Source: Podarcis gaigeae
Lineage: Eukaryota
Length of the DNA stretch: 64,000 nt
Assembly: GCA_964106915.2 (NCBI GenBank)
Contig: OZ066918.1
Strand: one strand, 5' to 3'
Numbering within the stretch: the first letter of the stretch is position 1; every line of letters begins with the position of its first letter. The position numbers were made by a program, and so were the translations under genes. A model generated the notes under the pieces. It had not been told where the DNA came from. It saw only the letters and a list, made by a program, of their open reading frames with translations, and ran no database searches. This document shows, piece after piece, positions 63,988 to 64,000 of this stretch.

Positions 63988-64000
63988 CAGTGGTACCTCG
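63988..64000. mobile_element. Left TIR of another Tigger-like MITE (truncated by window edge)
   Basis: TA-CAGTGGTACCTCG, identical to the start of the 23750 copy. Confidence 0.75.

Larger units (their letters stand above)
19507..64000 (+). other. NRG3: NRG3 intron 1 (partial; runs past window end)
   Basis: Consensus donor GTAAGT at 19507-19512. No EGF-like exon (HFKPC...YCLNDGEC-type) seen downstream. NRG3 intron 1 is known to be hundreds of kb in mammals. Confidence 0.9.

Overview
Vertebrate genomic DNA, most likely from a squamate reptile. A lacertid lizard is inferred from the Sauria-SINE and Squam3-type SINEs and the MITE repertoire. The only host gene supported is neuregulin-3 (NRG3) on the + strand: a CpG-island promoter and 5' leader (~17.1-18.75 kb), the first coding exon (ATG 18756 to a phase-1 GTAAGT donor after 19506), and the first ~44 kb of a very large intron 1. 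The EGF-domain exon is not in the window. The rest is non-coding and dense in decayed or nested transposable elements: CR1 and L2 LINE remnants, a young 5'-truncated LINE with a 9-bp TSD, a solo LTR with a 5-bp TSD, several SINE families, and Tc1/mariner-pogo and hAT MITEs. There are also microsatellites and one 128-N assembly gap. Apart from NRG3, the listed ORFs are chance, shadow or TE-derived frames. I found no convincing new multi-gene system. The best leads are regulatory: split (non-canonical) RE1/REST-like sites upstream of NRG3, two uORFs ending at the start codon (one with an ATGA stop/start overlap), and repeat-free candidate enhancers in intron 1.
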